Below are positions 1 to 9,051 of a stretch of DNA of 19,963 nt, piece by piece. A program made the position numbers and the translations under genes. Every line of letters begins with the position of its first letter. The first letter of the stretch is position 1. Under the pieces are notes generated by a model that saw only the letters and a list, made by a program, of their open reading frames with translations, was not told the origin of the DNA and searched no databases. The stretch is from contig JAEOTX010000116.1 of the NCBI GenBank assembly GCA_016839605.1, positions 1-19,963 of the forward strand, written 5' to 3'. The stretch is from Candidatus Thorarchaeota archaeon. Lineage in GTDB: Archaea > Asgardarchaeota > Thorarchaeia > Thorarchaeales > Thorarchaeaceae.

Positions 1-1
1 A

Positions 2-1561
2 GATCCCGGTACTGGCACAGGGGACCAAACTGATCCGGGATATTATCCTCCGTATATGCCGTACATCTATGTTGAGGATGTTGACAGCAATGTCTATTGG
101 ATTCAGGAGGACTATGTCTATGACTACTCCTACAACTGGTCTTTCTCCAATCTCCTTGTTGTTGTAGTCCTGGACCCAGACGCATCATACATGTCGTGGT
201 TGTCTGGAGTTAATTGGTTCGTTGAGCCTACTGCGACTGACATATGGGGCTTGATGTGGTATCCAGAACCCGTTGCACTGACAGGTGATGAGGTTTTCAT
301 CTATTCCACCTTCTATCTCTCTGAGTATAACTCGAGCTACTACTACAGTGCCAATTACACTTGGTATGATGATGACATGAATCCTGTCGATGCAAATGAT
401 GTCATTCCCAATCTCAAGGAAGAGTATTCATGGGCCGCATGGATGAATGAGTCCTACGAGTATGACTATGAGGGTTCCTTCACAAGCTATGGTTTTGACA
501 TCAGCGAGATGTTTAACGACGGCGAAACTTCTCAATGGATGGATCACTACTTCTCAGGGCTTTCTGCTTTCAATGACACCAATGGAAACGGAATCATGGA
601 CATAGTATACGATCCGATTGAGATGGACTATGATGAGGATGGCATAGTTGATTGGGTCTACTATGAGATGAACGCGACCGCGTCTGAGTTGGTCTATGAC
701 TTCTACGCGGAGTCAGCTGAACTTGGCAATGTTGTTCTGCCACAGCTAAATGATGATGAACAAATCGAATGGAGTGCTGAGGTCGTTGATATTGAGGGCA
801 ACCTCATGACTGCCTATCCTTATCCTGAGCCAATCTGGTGTTTCTGCGGTACAGACGCGCCACCTGAAGAAATAGCAGAACCAGAGACCGTTCCTACAGC
901 TGTTGACCGATTGGAGATGGTCTACCGGTTTGAAGTGACAGATAAGGCTGCGGTACTCAAAGTGGACCAGCACTTTGGTGACTTCACGAATCCAGAGACT
1001 GGAGTTATCCTACCTGAGGTAGATGGTCTCAGTTTAGCCGCAAAATACTGGAGTTCCTTCTCCAGCTACACAATCACTGGAGAACTCTATGACGGAACCG
1101 AAGTTGGTGTAGCCATGCCAGAAAGTGCACCAGCGCCCGAAGGCACGCTCAGATTCGAGGAAGTAAGAGAGCAAGAGACCGATCTTCGCACCACTATCGA
1201 ATTCGGCGGAACTTATCTCTGGGGTAAAGATGGCGGAACTTACGATGTAGGAACTGCGATTATTCCCACGTATTTCTACGCTATGCCATTCGCAGAACAG
1301 GGCGCACCTGCTGCTGACCTTGCATTTGGAGCTGACATGTGGTACATGCAGACCTACTACTATGCATCCTGCTACGCGGAGTGGGACGGACACGCCATCA
1401 CGCACGACCCAATCTTCACTGTGTTTCCACTATCAGCACCTGGTCCTATCACTTCATTAATCGGACTACTCACCAATTCTGCCATTCTGATTGGTGCGGT
1501 GGGAGTTGTAGCAATTGCAGTAGTTTGCGTTCGCGTCAACAATGAACGGAAGTCTTTCTAG
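2..1561 (+). CDS. Acidic, Tyr/Trp-rich cell-surface protein with C-terminal membrane anchor (5'-truncated)
   Basis: The frame is open from position 2 (DPGTGTGDQTDPGYYPPY-M...), so the start lies outside the window. Very D/E/Y-rich, with DxNxNG/DxDxDG Ca-binding-like motifs (DTNGNGIMD, DYDEDGIVD) and N-x-S/T sequons. An HDP motif precedes a hydrophobic C-terminal helix (SAILIGAVGVVAIAVVCV) and a short basic tail. Confidence 0.8.
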   Translation, partial: DPGTGTGDQTDPGYYPPYMPYIYVEDVDSNVYWIQEDYVYDYSYNWSFSNLLVVVVLDPDASYMSWLSGVNWFVEPTATDIWGLMWYPEPVALTGDEVFIYSTFYLSEYNSSYYYSANYTWYDDDMNPVDANDVIPNLKEEYSWAAWMNESYEYDYEGSFTSYGFDISEMFNDGETSQWMDHYFSGLSAFNDTNGNGIMDIVYDPIEMDYDEDGIVDWVYYEMNATASELVYDFYAESAELGNVVLPQLNDDEQIEWSAEVVDIEGNLMTAYPYPEPIWCFCGTDAPPEEIAEPETVPTAVDRLEMVYRFEVTDKAAVLKVDQHFGDFTNPETGVILPEVDGLSLAAKYWSSFSSYTITGELYDGTEVGVAMPESAPAPEGTLRFEEVREQETDLRTTIEFGGTYLWGKDGGTYDVGTAIIPTYFYAMPFAEQGAPAADLAFGADMWYMQTYYYASCYAEWDGHAITHDPIFTVFPLSAPGPITSLIGLLTNSAILIGAVGVVAIAVVCVRVNNERKSF

Positions 1562-1594
1562 GAGCGGGAAACCCCCGCTCCACCCTTTTTCTTT
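1561..1594 (+). terminator. GC-rich hairpin plus T-tract terminator
   Basis: GGAGCGGG-aaacc-CCCGCTCC (8-bp stem, 1561-1581) directly at the stop codon, followed by acccTTTTTcTTT. It lies between convergent genes. Confidence 0.75.
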
Positions 1595-1600
1595 GAATAC

Positions 1601-2404
1601 TCACTTTAATCTATCAAGGCAAGAATCCGCATAGATTTTTGCCTCGATTATGTTACTTGGATTTCTATGAGAAACTTCAACGGTCAGCGCTTTATCATAG
1701 CCTCCTTCATGGAGACTCTGGACCATCCTGAGAAGGTCGACTTCCCCGCATCCTGGGACTAAATATTTCCGATAGCCATTATCATCCACAAGGCTTCCGT
1801 CACTGTCTCTGAAGTGGACATTGAGGATGAGGTCCTCATAGTCCTTGATAATCTGGCTGATGTCTGTTCCATTGATATGCATGAATTCCAGATCGATAGT
1901 GACTCCCAAGGGCCTTCCACCATTCGCAGAAATCAAGTTCAAAATGAATTGGTCTACTTGATGTAGATATGGCACATTCTCAATGGTCAATATGCAGTCT
2001 GATTCTTCTGCGAGGTCAAGTAATCTGTCAAGTCGGGTCTTCCACTCATCACTCTCGTCTATCATCACTTGGTCCGGGGGATGAAAAACAGCTACCTGAA
2101 CCCCCAGACTTTGAATGAAGGGAAAGACCACGTCCGTAGATTTCTTGAAATCCTCATCATCAAAAGCAACTAGAAACTTGGGCAGATGTATTGAGTAGGG
2201 ATTGAGTCCATAGTCCTCGATTGTGTGTTGGAACGTGTGTCTGACCTTTCTAGGCCTGTCATCCATCCAGACCTCAATATTCTCGTAACCCGCGTCCTTG
2301 ATTCTCCTTAATGTTTGAATCAAATTCTGCAGCAGATTCTCGTCAGAGGAGGCTGATCGAATTCCTCCGAGAACAGAACAGGACACGAACACATCTTTCA
2401 CCAT
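1601..2404 (-). CDS. Sugar phosphate isomerase/epimerase (xylose isomerase-like/AP endonuclease 2 TIM barrel)
   Basis: Motifs GYENIEVW, VFHPP, LTIENVP, VTID, NVHFRD, PGCGEVD and LTVEV are typical of this metal-binding barrel family. Confidence 0.85.
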   Translation of the reverse strand: MVKDVFVSCSVLGGIRSASSDENLLQNLIQTLRRIKDAGYENIEVWMDDRPRKVRHTFQHTIEDYGLNPYSIHLPKFLVAFDDEDFKKSTDVVFPFIQSLGVQVAVFHPPDQVMIDESDEWKTRLDRLLDLAEESDCILTIENVPYLHQVDQFILNLISANGGRPLGVTIDLEFMHINGTDISQIIKDYEDLILNVHFRDSDGSLVDDNGYRKYLVPGCGEVDLLRMVQSLHEGGYDKALTVEVSHRNPSNIIEAKIYADSCLDRLK

Positions 2405-2524
2405 AGACGGTTGACATCCAATATTCTAGTACTAATTAGCATAGAGTTGTAGGAATTTGCTGACCATGCGGTATATATTGGAGGACTTACTAGACTAAAA
2501 TACTATCACAACTGGTGAGAGAAT

Positions 2525-2890
2525 ATGGCAAATGACGAACAGATGTTAGAAGAACTGAAGGAGATACGGAAACTCTTGACCCCGCCAGAGCCTAAACCGC
2601 CTCCGGAGGGATTCGTCAATGAATTCACAGACTTCCTGTCCAAGTACAAAGTTCTTGGGTTGGCAGTGGCTTTCATTCTTGGTCTTTACTTGGGTGCGCT
2701 CGTGCAAGCGATGGTTACAGACCTGATAATGCCACTCATAACAATCTTCATTCCCGATATTGCCTGGCAGGAACTGGCATTTGGGAATTTCCTATATGGC
2801 CATTTCATTGGTGAGCTGATAACTTTCATTATCATTGCTTTCGTTGTCTTTTTGTTGGTGAAGTTCGCATCAAAGATTGGAATTGATTAA
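2525..2890 (+). CDS. mscL: Large-conductance mechanosensitive channel MscL family protein
   Basis: S1 helix FVNEFTDFL, TM1 VLGLAVAFILG...LV...DLIMPLI, YGxFI and TM2 LITFIIIAFVVFLLVK. A GGTGA RBS lies just upstream. Confidence 0.9.
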   Translation: MANDEQMLEELKEIRKLLTPPEPKPPPEGFVNEFTDFLSKYKVLGLAVAFILGLYLGALVQAMVTDLIMPLITIFIPDIAWQELAFGNFLYGHFIGELITFIIIAFVVFLLVKFASKIGID

Positions 2891-2901
2891 CTTCACTATG
2901 A

Positions 2902-2948
2902 TCTCACCCATCTCTACTCTTCAAGGATGGGTGAGACAATTCCTTTTT
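2902..2948 (+). terminator. Hairpin plus T-tract terminator after mscL
   Basis: Perfect 11-bp inverted repeat TCTCACCCATC (2902-2912) / GATGGGTGAGA (2926-2936), followed by caattccTTTTT. Confidence 0.65.
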
Positions 2949-2986
2949 GAGGGCGATGAATACAATCTATAGCGGGAGCCAACAAG

Positions 2987-3271
2987 ATGACAAAACGATA
3001 CAATATCATAGCTAAGATATCCGAGCTCCGCAGCGAACCTTCGGGAAATCCCTGTAGTATGTACCAGCTCGGTACCGAGTTCGATCTGTCCAAGCCTGAA
3101 GAGCGAGTAAAAATCTGTAGATGGGCGTATAACTCGCTGCTACCATTCATCGCAGTGTTAGAGTTCGGTGGTGCTCTACCTTGGGAACCAGATCCTGAAC
3201 GTGCCTTTGTGGCATGTCCTGATCCCCATAATGTAGTGGTCTTCGAACTGATTCGCAAGGAAGAGGTGTAG
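2987..3271 (+). CDS. TIGR04076 family protein (small Cys-containing protein, function unknown)
   Basis: Pattern C-x2-Y-x2-G-x2-F ... ICxWAY..L.PF...L.FGG..PWE ... ACPDPxNxVVFEL.R. Confidence 0.8.
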   Translation: MTKRYNIIAKISELRSEPSGNPCSMYQLGTEFDLSKPEERVKICRWAYNSLLPFIAVLEFGGALPWEPDPERAFVACPDPHNVVVFELIRKEEV

Positions 3272-3281
3272 AGGAGGCAAG

Positions 3282-6200
3282 CTATTCCTCTTTCTTGTCT
3301 CCATTTTCGTCACTGAGAAGACTCTCTACATCATCCAAGAACTTCTCTTCATCAGAGACCTCAGTTGCAGGCTCCTCTATCTTGACCTCTAATTCGGTAG
3401 ATGGTTCCGAATCTTCAGGCGCAGGTACAACCACCAACTTCTCCGGCTCTTCTGCTGGAGGAGGCGTAGCATCGACTCTGACCTCATCAATGGATGTTAA
3501 TGCGAGATTCCCCATCTCAATGGCATCCATGATAATTGTATAGACTCGCGCTTCTTCAAGACCACATGACGTCATCTCTGTAGCAAGCTCTTCCAGGTCA
3601 AAGCCGCCTGCATCATCAATACGATGAATGCGTTCCTCGATGCACTTGGTCTTTCGTGGGAATGATTTGCCCTCTGAAACTGTGTAGTCGCGAAGGAGCC
3701 GCCCATCCATGATGTCATCAAAGAAGGCCGTAAACTGAGCCTCTGTTTCAGGTTCAATAGTCGTCAATGGCACTTCAGGATACATGTTATCGAAGACGAA
3801 TCCGATAGCCTCAGCAAACTCCACCATCCTAAGCTCCTGCCCCTTCGAGGGCGGAGTCAGAGATATGAAGGCGCAGAGCAGATTCTCAGTGGCAACAGTC
3901 CTTATGATATCTGATATTGGTGTCACCACCCAATTCTCTTGGTTAACGTTGAACTCGCTCCTGAAAGTGCTAATAGCACTCACAAATCCTGACACGAGAA
4001 GTTCATCGAGTCCTTCCTTCAACATCTTCGAATAGATGGGAATGCCTGTGTTTTTGTGAAGGACAATCACACCAAGGAGGCCCTTGACATCGTCAAAACG
4101 ACGCTTGACAACCATCGCATCTAGATAGCGCCTTCTCTGTCTTCTGATATACGCTCTGCGACCTGCAAAACCGATTGCTGCTATTCCCATGATTGCTATG
4201 TAGGGAGAGTATCGCCTGATGGTCCTGTTCAAAGCTTCAATCTCGCTGAGAATTGGTTCAAGTTCAGCCTCATAGTAATCTGATTCAATCTCGTAGTTCT
4301 CAATTGTGACGTATATTCTTACTAACGTAGTGGATTCGATACTAGGCATCTGAAATGACGCGGTATATTGGCCTGGTAGACCTTCTACCATCGGCCGAAT
4401 TTCCCCCGGTCCTATTTCACTGATTAGTTGATATTCAACAGCGGCTCCAGGAACGGGATTGCTTGTTTCGGACTCGAATAGGTGAAGAATCAGGGTGTTA
4501 TGCGCTCCCTCCACAGCAGTCAGGCCTTGGTCAATATCGATCTCGATTGCTACAGGTAGCACCTCAAGCTCAAATTCAATAAATCCGCTAACGTGGTCGG
4601 TCATATTTGCTGTGAAGAACACCTGCCACTTACCAATAGAGTCAGCTACAAATCCCAGGAAGTACAGATCCCCTACCTGTGACAAAGACACAGTCAGGCC
4701 TTCAGCAGGCAAAGTAGAGATTGATAGATCGGCCGAGCTTATGTTTTGTCCAGTATCAGTCCTAACATAAGTAAGTGTGAGGTTGTATTCATCGGTGAAA
4801 TAAGTGGAGTCTGATTCCAGCCCTCCAACTATCATTAGCTCAGTTGGAATTGATCTAACAACAAGAGTAAATCCTACCGTAGAGTTTAGGTAATTGGGTA
4901 GTGTGGCACGTATGGCAAACTCGTAGGTTCCTATAACGGAAGGTGTGAGTGTAAGTGTATATTGCCCGCCTGACACTTCAGCTACTGCATGGGCTAATCC
5001 GCTTGGAGGATGCAGCACTAGAATTGTCGCACCTACCAAGCCATTCAATGCGTCGTCTCTGAATGTAATCTGAACCATATGGCTCTGATCAACTGATATC
5101 GTCGCTCCAGAGTCGTCAATCGTCAGAATAGTGGGTATCTCTCGCACTGTGAGACCGAAAGATGCAAACTGGGTATCGTAGTCTGTGAGATTCGCTCTAA
5201 TCAGAATTGTGAAAATCCCTGATGATGCTGCTGTGATCTCAATTGAATAGAAGCCTAGTCCTTCGTTAATCGTAGCTCCGATGCCTAGTCCTGCGGCAGG
5301 GACTACGTCTATGACTGTAACATTGGCCCCGCTCAGTCCGAAGCTAGTTGTATTGGTGAACTGAACAACCAATCTATAGGTATCACCAAAATACGCGAAA
5401 TCAGCAGTCCCATTGAGCCTAATGAGATTAGAACCGCGTCCTCTCACAATTACAGTATAGCCTAGGGTAGAATTGAGATAATTAGTCATACTTGCCTTGA
5501 ACGCCATCTGATAGGTTCCAGGTGTAAGAGCAGTGATGGTCACATTGTAAAGACCGCCGGATAGTTCTGATATCTCAAATGAAAGTCCTCCCGGCGGATT
5601 CAACACACTAACAGTTGCCCCAGCTATGCCTGTAGAGCTCTCGTCTCTGAATGACAGCTCTACCGATTGGCTATCGCCCACAGACAATGTAGTACCTGCA
5701 CTGTCTGCTGTGAGTACGGTGGGGATTTCATTCACCGTTATTGTGAATGCTGTTGTTTGGGTAACATGATCCGTCAAATTTGCATTGATGAAGATAGTAT
5801 ACGTTCGAGCCGCCGATGAGGTCAGAACGATTGAGTAGTAACCATTTCCTTCATCGACGGAGAGTCCTGCAGTCAGACCTGTAGAGGGATCAATGTTTGT
5901 CACACTGACATTTGCCCCAGCAAGCCCGTAGCCTGTACTATTTCGGTACTGAACAACGAGCCTATAGGATGCTCCTAATTGTGATACATCAGAGGTACCG
6001 TTTATGGGAACCAAGACAGTGGCGAACCCTCTCACGATTATGGTATATCCTAGGGTGGAATTGAGATAATTAGTCATACTTGCCTTGATAGCTATCTGAT
6101 AAGATCCAGGTGCAAGGGGAGTGATTGTGAGATTGTAAAGACCACCGGATAACTCCGATATCCAGAATGATAGTCCAGCAGGTGGGTTCAAGACATTGAT

Positions 6201-8975
6201 AGAGGCTCCAGGTATGCCTGTAGAACTCTCATCTCGGAATGACAGCTCTACAGATTGGCTATCGCCCACAGACAATATAGTAGCTGCACTGTCTGCTGTG
6301 AGTACGGTGGGGATCTCATTCACCGTTATTGTGAATACTGCGATTCGGGTGATATGATTCGTCAAATTTGCATTGATGAAGATATTATACGTTCGAGCCG
6401 TCGATGAGGTCAGAACGATCGAGTAGTAGCCATTTCCTTCATCGACAGAGAGTCCTGCGGTCAGACCTGAGGACGGGTTGATGCTTGCCACACTGACATT
6501 TGCCCCAGCAAGACCATAGCCTGTGCCATTTTGGTACTGAACAACCAGTCTATATGGTACCCCTAGCTGACCTATGTCAGATGTACCATTTGTAGAAACC
6601 AAGACGGTGTCTACCTCTCCAACTATGAGTGTGAAGGAGTCTGAATTGCTATAGTGGAATGCTTTCGAGGCTGTAATGATTACTGTATAAGTTCCTGACT
6701 TCGAGCTTGTGATATTGATTGAATAATCTCCTGGACCCGTACTGCTCTGCCCAAGTAGCTGGAGACCACCCTGCGGACCTGTATAGTTCATCTGGATTGT
6801 GGCTCCACTGATCCCAAGACTAGACTCCAATTCATAGCGCATTTCTACCGCAAACTCTTCGTAGAGTCCCACTTCAGTAGGCAGGGGTCCAACCGAGGTC
6901 AATTGGAAATTGGTGCGAAGTGTTGACACTATTGTGAATTGGCAAGTCACATCATCATAGTATGGCCTTGAGGCATTCACGACTACTACAAACTGACCAG
7001 CACCTACAAGAGATGTGTCAAAGTCTGCCTGCCACCAATTATGTATTGGATTGGCCAGGCAGTTTATGATCATCATTGACCAGTTCGCAACCACCGATGC
7101 GGATGCGTCCAGGATGAAATCGGTCGTATCATCATCTACATAGTAGAGCATATTTGTGATCAGCAGTCCTGTATCAGTTTCCACCAATGTCTCTCGAGGC
7201 GTGAGGCTTGCAGTGTGATACATATCGAATACTGCGTAATCATAAGCAATCTCTGTACCATTTGTCCATAATGCAATGACTTCCCACTGACCTGCGGAAG
7301 TATTTGCTCCACCCAATATCCAATGAGAGCTATTGACAATTCCATTATTCATGGCACTGATGGAATCATAAGCCCATGTTGTTGAATTAGGAAGTATCCA
7401 TGTTATGTTGACTGGACTACCATCTGTGGGATTGCCTGCAGCAGCACCAATCTCAATCTGAGCCCTAGTGGTATTGCCTGGTCTAAATAGAGAATTCTCG
7501 GACCATTGTTCTGTGCTTTCGTTCTGTACTTGAATTGATACATTCTGCGCATAGTTTGGAGATTGGAGGTCAATCTCCCACCACCCACTTCGGCTCATCT
7601 CGCTATTGGGTACATGGATGCGGCCAGGAGAAATCGTGCAGTTATCTGTGATGTCAATGGTGAGTGGATCTAAAACGGTAGCATTCTCCCAGTCATTAGG
7701 ATACAGCAAGTCCACTGTAACACCATCATACTCTATTGATGGGGTCATATATGTGAAAAACGCCAAGTCCGAACTTTGTCCTGCAGTTACAGAATATTGA
7801 ACACCTTGTTCCGAAAGGTCCGTTGTCCATGATGAATTGATAATGCGATGATAGAGAGAAGTGACAGTATAGGAAAAGATGACACTGGTATTTGATGTGA
7901 CCTCAACTTGCAGCGGATCTACAGTCCAAAAGCTTGGATTTGTAATAGATGCTGTTCCTGCACCTGATATAGGTGTAGAGAATGCTCCCGCATGGAATGT
8001 TAGTTCGGCTGACTGTGGAGTCGGAGTTGCGACACTCGTGAATACAATGTTATCCAATTGCACTGTGATATTTTGTACGTTTTCCATCCCATCATGCTCT
8101 CTGAGGGGGTCATCATCATAGTCTGTATTATTGAAGACTTCAATATCTCCGACAGCAATATACAATCCTAGATAGATCGAAAACGTGCTCCATGCTGATG
8201 GAATGGTAAAATCGTGTGATATGCTGACCCAAGCATCATGCGAGCTCAATGTATGCATTGGATAGTACCATCCATCACTCTCTAGTTGCCAGAACACACC
8301 AACGTCCCCTCCCAGCGAATCATTGTTTTGTGGATCAAGTGGACCCGTAGCGTAGCGGAAATCGAATTCCAACTTGAAATCAAGCGTGGATGGTGTATTA
8401 TTTATCACCTGCTCAAATGCAACCTCCGTTCCCCAACTATGAATGTAAGATGTGCCACGACTAGGATGGTAGTTATACTCCCCCATGTTCCTACATTCAA
8501 CATACTTTCCAGTGGAATTGAATGAAGCAATCTGTGTATTCGAACCTCCATCAATACTATAATTGGTCCACGGATCCGTTCCATAATCGAATGTGCCGTT
8601 GATCCCATATAATCTCTGGAGATCCCACACATCAATGCTAGTGGAATTCATAAACCAGCCATTTGTGTCATCAATTGTGATATCGCTTACAGTGTTCGAA
8701 CCAGTGTCCGTTCTCCCTCGCTTTCCATCTGTTGTCTGATACCCTGATTGCCGAATTCTGATAGGATCAAGCACCCCACTACTGGGCTCTGCGGATATGG
8801 TGAAAGCCTTACTCTGAACCGAATCTCCGTCTTGTAGTGTTTGATCTGATTGTGAAGCGAATGGGAGATCATTATTCGATTCTGGTGTTGAGATGACTCC
8901 CGGAGTGGAAGTTCCAATAAGACCTATCATGAGCATAGCAAAGAGCCCTATGACTGCGTGCTTACCTACTTTCAT
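3282..8975 (-). CDS. Giant single-pass surface glycoprotein: signal peptide, Ig-like repeat stalk, TM helix, cytoplasmic longin-like domain (~1897 aa)
   Basis: The probable start is ATG 8975 (MKVGKHAVIGLFAMLMIGLIG, signal-peptide-like); the ORF extends to 9038. The ectodomain is S/T/G/N-rich and beta-strand-like with many sequons and ~100-aa repeats. TM YIAIMGIAAIGFAG is followed by RRAYIRRQRRR (positive-inside). The cytoplasmic part has GVIVLHKNTGIPIYSK...LVSGFVSAISTF and an acidic tail. Confidence 0.85.
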   Translation of the reverse strand: MKVGKHAVIGLFAMLMIGLIGTSTPGVISTPESNNDLPFASQSDQTLQDGDSVQSKAFTISAEPSSGVLDPIRIRQSGYQTTDGKRGRTDTGSNTVSDITIDDTNGWFMNSTSIDVWDLQRLYGINGTFDYGTDPWTNYSIDGGSNTQIASFNSTGKYVECRNMGEYNYHPSRGTSYIHSWGTEVAFEQVINNTPSTLDFKLEFDFRYATGPLDPQNNDSLGGDVGVFWQLESDGWYYPMHTLSSHDAWVSISHDFTIPSAWSTFSIYLGLYIAVGDIEVFNNTDYDDDPLREHDGMENVQNITVQLDNIVFTSVATPTPQSAELTFHAGAFSTPISGAGTASITNPSFWTVDPLQVEVTSNTSVIFSYTVTSLYHRIINSSWTTDLSEQGVQYSVTAGQSSDLAFFTYMTPSIEYDGVTVDLLYPNDWENATVLDPLTIDITDNCTISPGRIHVPNSEMSRSGWWEIDLQSPNYAQNVSIQVQNESTEQWSENSLFRPGNTTRAQIEIGAAAGNPTDGSPVNITWILPNSTTWAYDSISAMNNGIVNSSHWILGGANTSAGQWEVIALWTNGTEIAYDYAVFDMYHTASLTPRETLVETDTGLLITNMLYYVDDDTTDFILDASASVVANWSMMIINCLANPIHNWWQADFDTSLVGAGQFVVVVNASRPYYDDVTCQFTIVSTLRTNFQLTSVGPLPTEVGLYEEFAVEMRYELESSLGISGATIQMNYTGPQGGLQLLGQSSTGPGDYSINITSSKSGTYTVIITASKAFHYSNSDSFTLIVGEVDTVLVSTNGTSDIGQLGVPYRLVVQYQNGTGYGLAGANVSVASINPSSGLTAGLSVDEGNGYYSIVLTSSTARTYNIFINANLTNHITRIAVFTITVNEIPTVLTADSAATILSVGDSQSVELSFRDESSTGIPGASINVLNPPAGLSFWISELSGGLYNLTITPLAPGSYQIAIKASMTNYLNSTLGYTIIVRGFATVLVPINGTSDVSQLGASYRLVVQYRNSTGYGLAGANVSVTNIDPSTGLTAGLSVDEGNGYYSIVLTSSAARTYTIFINANLTDHVTQTTAFTITVNEIPTVLTADSAGTTLSVGDSQSVELSFRDESSTGIAGATVSVLNPPGGLSFEISELSGGLYNVTITALTPGTYQMAFKASMTNYLNSTLGYTVIVRGRGSNLIRLNGTADFAYFGDTYRLVVQFTNTTSFGLSGANVTVIDVVPAAGLGIGATINEGLGFYSIEITAASSGIFTILIRANLTDYDTQFASFGLTVREIPTILTIDDSGATISVDQSHMVQITFRDDALNGLVGATILVLHPPSGLAHAVAEVSGGQYTLTLTPSVIGTYEFAIRATLPNYLNSTVGFTLVVRSIPTELMIVGGLESDSTYFTDEYNLTLTYVRTDTGQNISSADLSISTLPAEGLTVSLSQVGDLYFLGFVADSIGKWQVFFTANMTDHVSGFIEFELEVLPVAIEIDIDQGLTAVEGAHNTLILHLFESETSNPVPGAAVEYQLISEIGPGEIRPMVEGLPGQYTASFQMPSIESTTLVRIYVTIENYEIESDYYEAELEPILSEIEALNRTIRRYSPYIAIMGIAAIGFAGRRAYIRRQRRRYLDAMVVKRRFDDVKGLLGVIVLHKNTGIPIYSKMLKEGLDELLVSGFVSAISTFRSEFNVNQENWVVTPISDIIRTVATENLLCAFISLTPPSKGQELRMVEFAEAIGFVFDNMYPEVPLTTIEPETEAQFTAFFDDIMDGRLLRDYTVSEGKSFPRKTKCIEERIHRIDDAGGFDLEELATEMTSCGLEEARVYTIIMDAIEMGNLALTSIDEVRVDATPPPAEEPEKLVVVPAPEDSEPSTELEVKIEEPATEVSDEEKFLDDVESLLSDENGDKKEE
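4843..6606 (-). repeat. Three intragenic tandem repeats with 588-nt (196-aa) period, each made of two Ig-like domains
   Basis: Matching anchors are exactly 588 nt apart: ctgtctgctgtg at 5701/6289, accaagac at 6010/6598, and gtgggNat at 5131/5719. A 30-nt exact run occurs at 5471/6059. The copy nearest the membrane is more diverged. Confidence 0.9.
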
Positions 8976-9051
8976 CAAGTTCGCCTCGAGAGAGTGGATT
9001 CGACTTGCTCGTTGAGCTAGTCTAAGAAGACTATACACACAGAAGGATGCA

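Noticed and set aside
2914-3258. Antisense and alternative-frame ORFs here and elsewhere (e.g. 1034-1405, 16654-17055, 17900-18271)
   Set aside because: These are shadows of well-supported genes, without motifs of their own.
4843-6606. Repeats as a CRISPR array or DGR template/variable pair
   Set aside because: The repeats are in-frame 588-nt coding units without spacers, the differences are not adenine-specific, and no RT or cas gene is present.
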